Source of the DNA: Pyrodictium abyssi
GTDB lineage: Archaea > Thermoproteota > Thermoprotei_A > Sulfolobales > Pyrodictiaceae
Length of the DNA: 32,000 bases
Direction of reading: 5' to 3'
Assembly: GCF_036323395.1 (NCBI RefSeq)
Contig: NZ_AP028907.1
Span: forward strand, 1,200,001 to 1,232,000
Below, in pieces: positions 30,271-32,000 of this stretch (its first letter is position 1; the number at the start of each line of letters is the position of its first letter). The notes under the pieces were generated by a model. That model saw nothing but the letters and a program-made list of their open reading frames with translations. It was not told where the DNA came from and searched no databases. Both the position numbers and the translations under genes were made by a program.

Positions 30271-31926
30271 TTAGCCTAGGTACTCGTGGAGCTTGCCGGG
30301 GAGCTCCAGGTACTTCCACTCGAGGTACTCTACTAGGGCTCTTGCTGAGGGCTGCTCGCCTAGGCTCCGCTCGACTAGCTCCTTTGGCGGGAAGGTGGCG
30401 CCCCAGCGGTGTATCCTCTCCCTCAGCCACTCGCGTAGCCTCGCCAGGTCGAGGCCTGCTAGTAGCTCTGGGTTGTCGCTCCATATCCGCCTCCATATCA
30501 TGGCCGCTACTACGTTGCCTAGGGTGTATGTCGGGAAGTAGCCGAAGCTGCCGTGGCTCCAGTGTATGTCCTGTAGCACGCCCTCCCGTGGGCTGGGCGG
30601 CCGGATGCCGAGCAGCTCCTCCATCATCGTGTCCCAGGCCTCGGGGAGCTCGTCGACCGTCATGCTGCCCTCTATCAGCTTCTTCTCGAGTGTGTAGCGT
30701 AGGTATATGTGGAGGTTGTAGGTGACCTCGTCGGCGTCTACCCTTATGAGGTCTGGGCGGACCGTGTTGACGTAGCGGTACAGCTCCTCGGGCGCAGCGT
30801 CTACGCCCATGTACTCTCTGAGCCTCTCGCTGAGGAGCCTCATGAACCAGGGGCCGCGGCCCACTATGTTCTCCCAGAACCGCGACTGGCTCTCGTGTAC
30901 GCCCATGCTGGCGCCGCCGGCTATCGGGGTGCGGGCTAGCGCCCGGTCTATCTGGAGATGGTAGAGTGCGTGGCCGTACTCGTGTACTAGGCTGTAGACC
31001 GCCCTCTTTATGTCGTGGCCCTCGTACCTCACTGTTATCCTCACATCGTCTATGCCTAGATCCATGGTGAACGGGTGGGCTGACTCGTCGAGCCTGCCGC
31101 GGCTCCAGGGCCAGTCTAGGTCGTCGAGGAGCCTCTTCATCAGCGCCCTGGCCTTGTCCACGTCGTAGCTCTCGTCCTCTAGGGGGTGGCGCTGGGGGTA
31201 GAAGCCGCCGGAGAGCACCCTGTCGAGTACGCGGCGGGTTGCCGGCACTAGCTCGGAGAAGAGCGCGTCTAGGTCGCGGACCCTTAGACCCTCCTCGTAG
31301 ATGTCTAGGAGCGCGTCGTAGGGGTGGTCTTCGTAGCCTAGCAGCTCGGCTTTCCGGCGCTGTATCTCGACTATCTCCTCGAGGTACGGCTTGAACAGCT
31401 TGAAGTCGGCCTTCCTCTTGGCCTCCCGCCAGACCACGGTGGCCTTGCTGGTTACCCGGGCCTCGCGGCGGGCTAGCTCCTCCGGTATCGCCTTGGCTAC
31501 GCGTACTTCGCGGCCTAGGACGCGGACTACGCCGCGCTCGTAGACGTTTAGGCTGTCGAGCTTCTCCTCGGCTTCGCGTAGGAGCTGGCCTAGCTCGGGG
31601 TCGAGTAGCAGCCGGTGGCGGAGCCCCTCTAGCTCCTCGGCTGCTGCTGAGCGGTCGCTTATGCCGTCGCGGGGCATGTAGGTCTCCAGGTCCCAGCCCA
31701 TGAGGGCTACCGCGTGGTCTAGGGCCCATAGCAGCCGGTACTTGGCGAGTATCTTCTTCACTGTCTCGTCGCGGAATGGGTTTTCAGCACGCTCGGTGGC
31801 TGTCATAGCGCTGTGCATCCCTCCAGAACCTGCTGCAGCAGGACGACGCTTCCACGTGGTGAGGGCTTGATGCCCCTCCTCCGGGATATTCCGCGTTTCG
31901 TCGCGCGGCTTGGCCAGGGGTAGCAT
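30271..31926 (-). CDS. M32-family carboxypeptidase (Taq-type thermostable carboxypeptidase)
   Basis: Motifs HEYGHALY (HExxH), HESQSRFWEN and DIHWSHGSFGYFPTYTLGN are present. By comparison with Taq carboxypeptidase, the true start is probably ATG 31818 or 31806 (MTATERAENPF...) rather than 31926. Confidence 0.9.
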   Translation of the reverse strand: MLPLAKPRDETRNIPEEGHQALTTWKRRPAAAGSGGMHSAMTATERAENPFRDETVKKILAKYRLLWALDHAVALMGWDLETYMPRDGISDRSAAAEELEGLRHRLLLDPELGQLLREAEEKLDSLNVYERGVVRVLGREVRVAKAIPEELARREARVTSKATVVWREAKRKADFKLFKPYLEEIVEIQRRKAELLGYEDHPYDALLDIYEEGLRVRDLDALFSELVPATRRVLDRVLSGGFYPQRHPLEDESYDVDKARALMKRLLDDLDWPWSRGRLDESAHPFTMDLGIDDVRITVRYEGHDIKRAVYSLVHEYGHALYHLQIDRALARTPIAGGASMGVHESQSRFWENIVGRGPWFMRLLSERLREYMGVDAAPEELYRYVNTVRPDLIRVDADEVTYNLHIYLRYTLEKKLIEGSMTVDELPEAWDTMMEELLGIRPPSPREGVLQDIHWSHGSFGYFPTYTLGNVVAAMIWRRIWSDNPELLAGLDLARLREWLRERIHRWGATFPPKELVERSLGEQPSARALVEYLEWKYLELPGKLHEYLG

Positions 31927-32000
31927 AATTTAGGGGGAATACCGGGCTCGGCCTAGCACCGAGGCCTGGAGTGCCTTGCGTGGAAAGAAGCTATACCTCG

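Noticed and set aside
30044-31729. 561-aa minus-strand ORF overlapping the M32 carboxypeptidase gene
   Set aside because: It is Arg/Pro-rich low-complexity sequence. The alternative frame encodes an unmistakable M32 peptidase (HEYGH, HESQSRFWEN).
1-32000. Scan for CRISPR arrays, tRNA and rRNA genes
   Set aside because: I saw no regularly spaced repeats of 24-40 nt, no cloverleaf-compatible 70-90-nt segments in intergenic regions, and no rRNA-like tracts. This was an eye scan only, so tRNAscan-SE, Infernal and a CRISPR finder should confirm it.

Overview
This window looks like a high-GC archaeal chromosome segment. Sample 60-nt lines hand-count at about 70% G+C. The gene content suggests a hyperthermophilic crenarchaeon (Thermoproteota): many GTG/TTG starts, heavy CTA/ATA/AGG codon use, a PaREP1 protein, a DUF104-type antitoxin and several VapBC pairs. 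I cannot name the species.

Housekeeping and metabolic genes include MoaE, an EamA transporter, two metallophosphoesterases, an FAH-family hydrolase and a nucleoside phosphorylase. There is also a poly-ferredoxin/MvhD-like protein, a V4R protein, an MBL-fold hydrolase, a ZIP transporter, an HTH-phosphoribosyltransferase and an EndoIII-like glycosylase. The last three are a DUF62 SAM hydrolase, a TPR protein and an M32 carboxypeptidase. These are interleaved with accessory genes: three VapBC pairs, a TumE-like module, a nonsense-interrupted DUF4258-DUF2283 fusion, an RHH-PaREP1 fusion and a solo, decaying tnpB element.

The standout is a roughly 4.5 kb low-GC block at about 700-5165 (sample lines 33-40% G+C). 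It holds two divergent two-gene operons. One encodes a probably membrane-anchored HD-domain protein plus a ParA/MinD-class deviant-Walker-A ATPase. The other encodes two proteins with no motif I recognise. The block has no integrase, transposase or tRNA. I rank it as the best candidate for an undescribed defence or maintenance system.

I recognised no rRNA, tRNA or CRISPR array. All family assignments rest on motifs read by eye, not on database searches.
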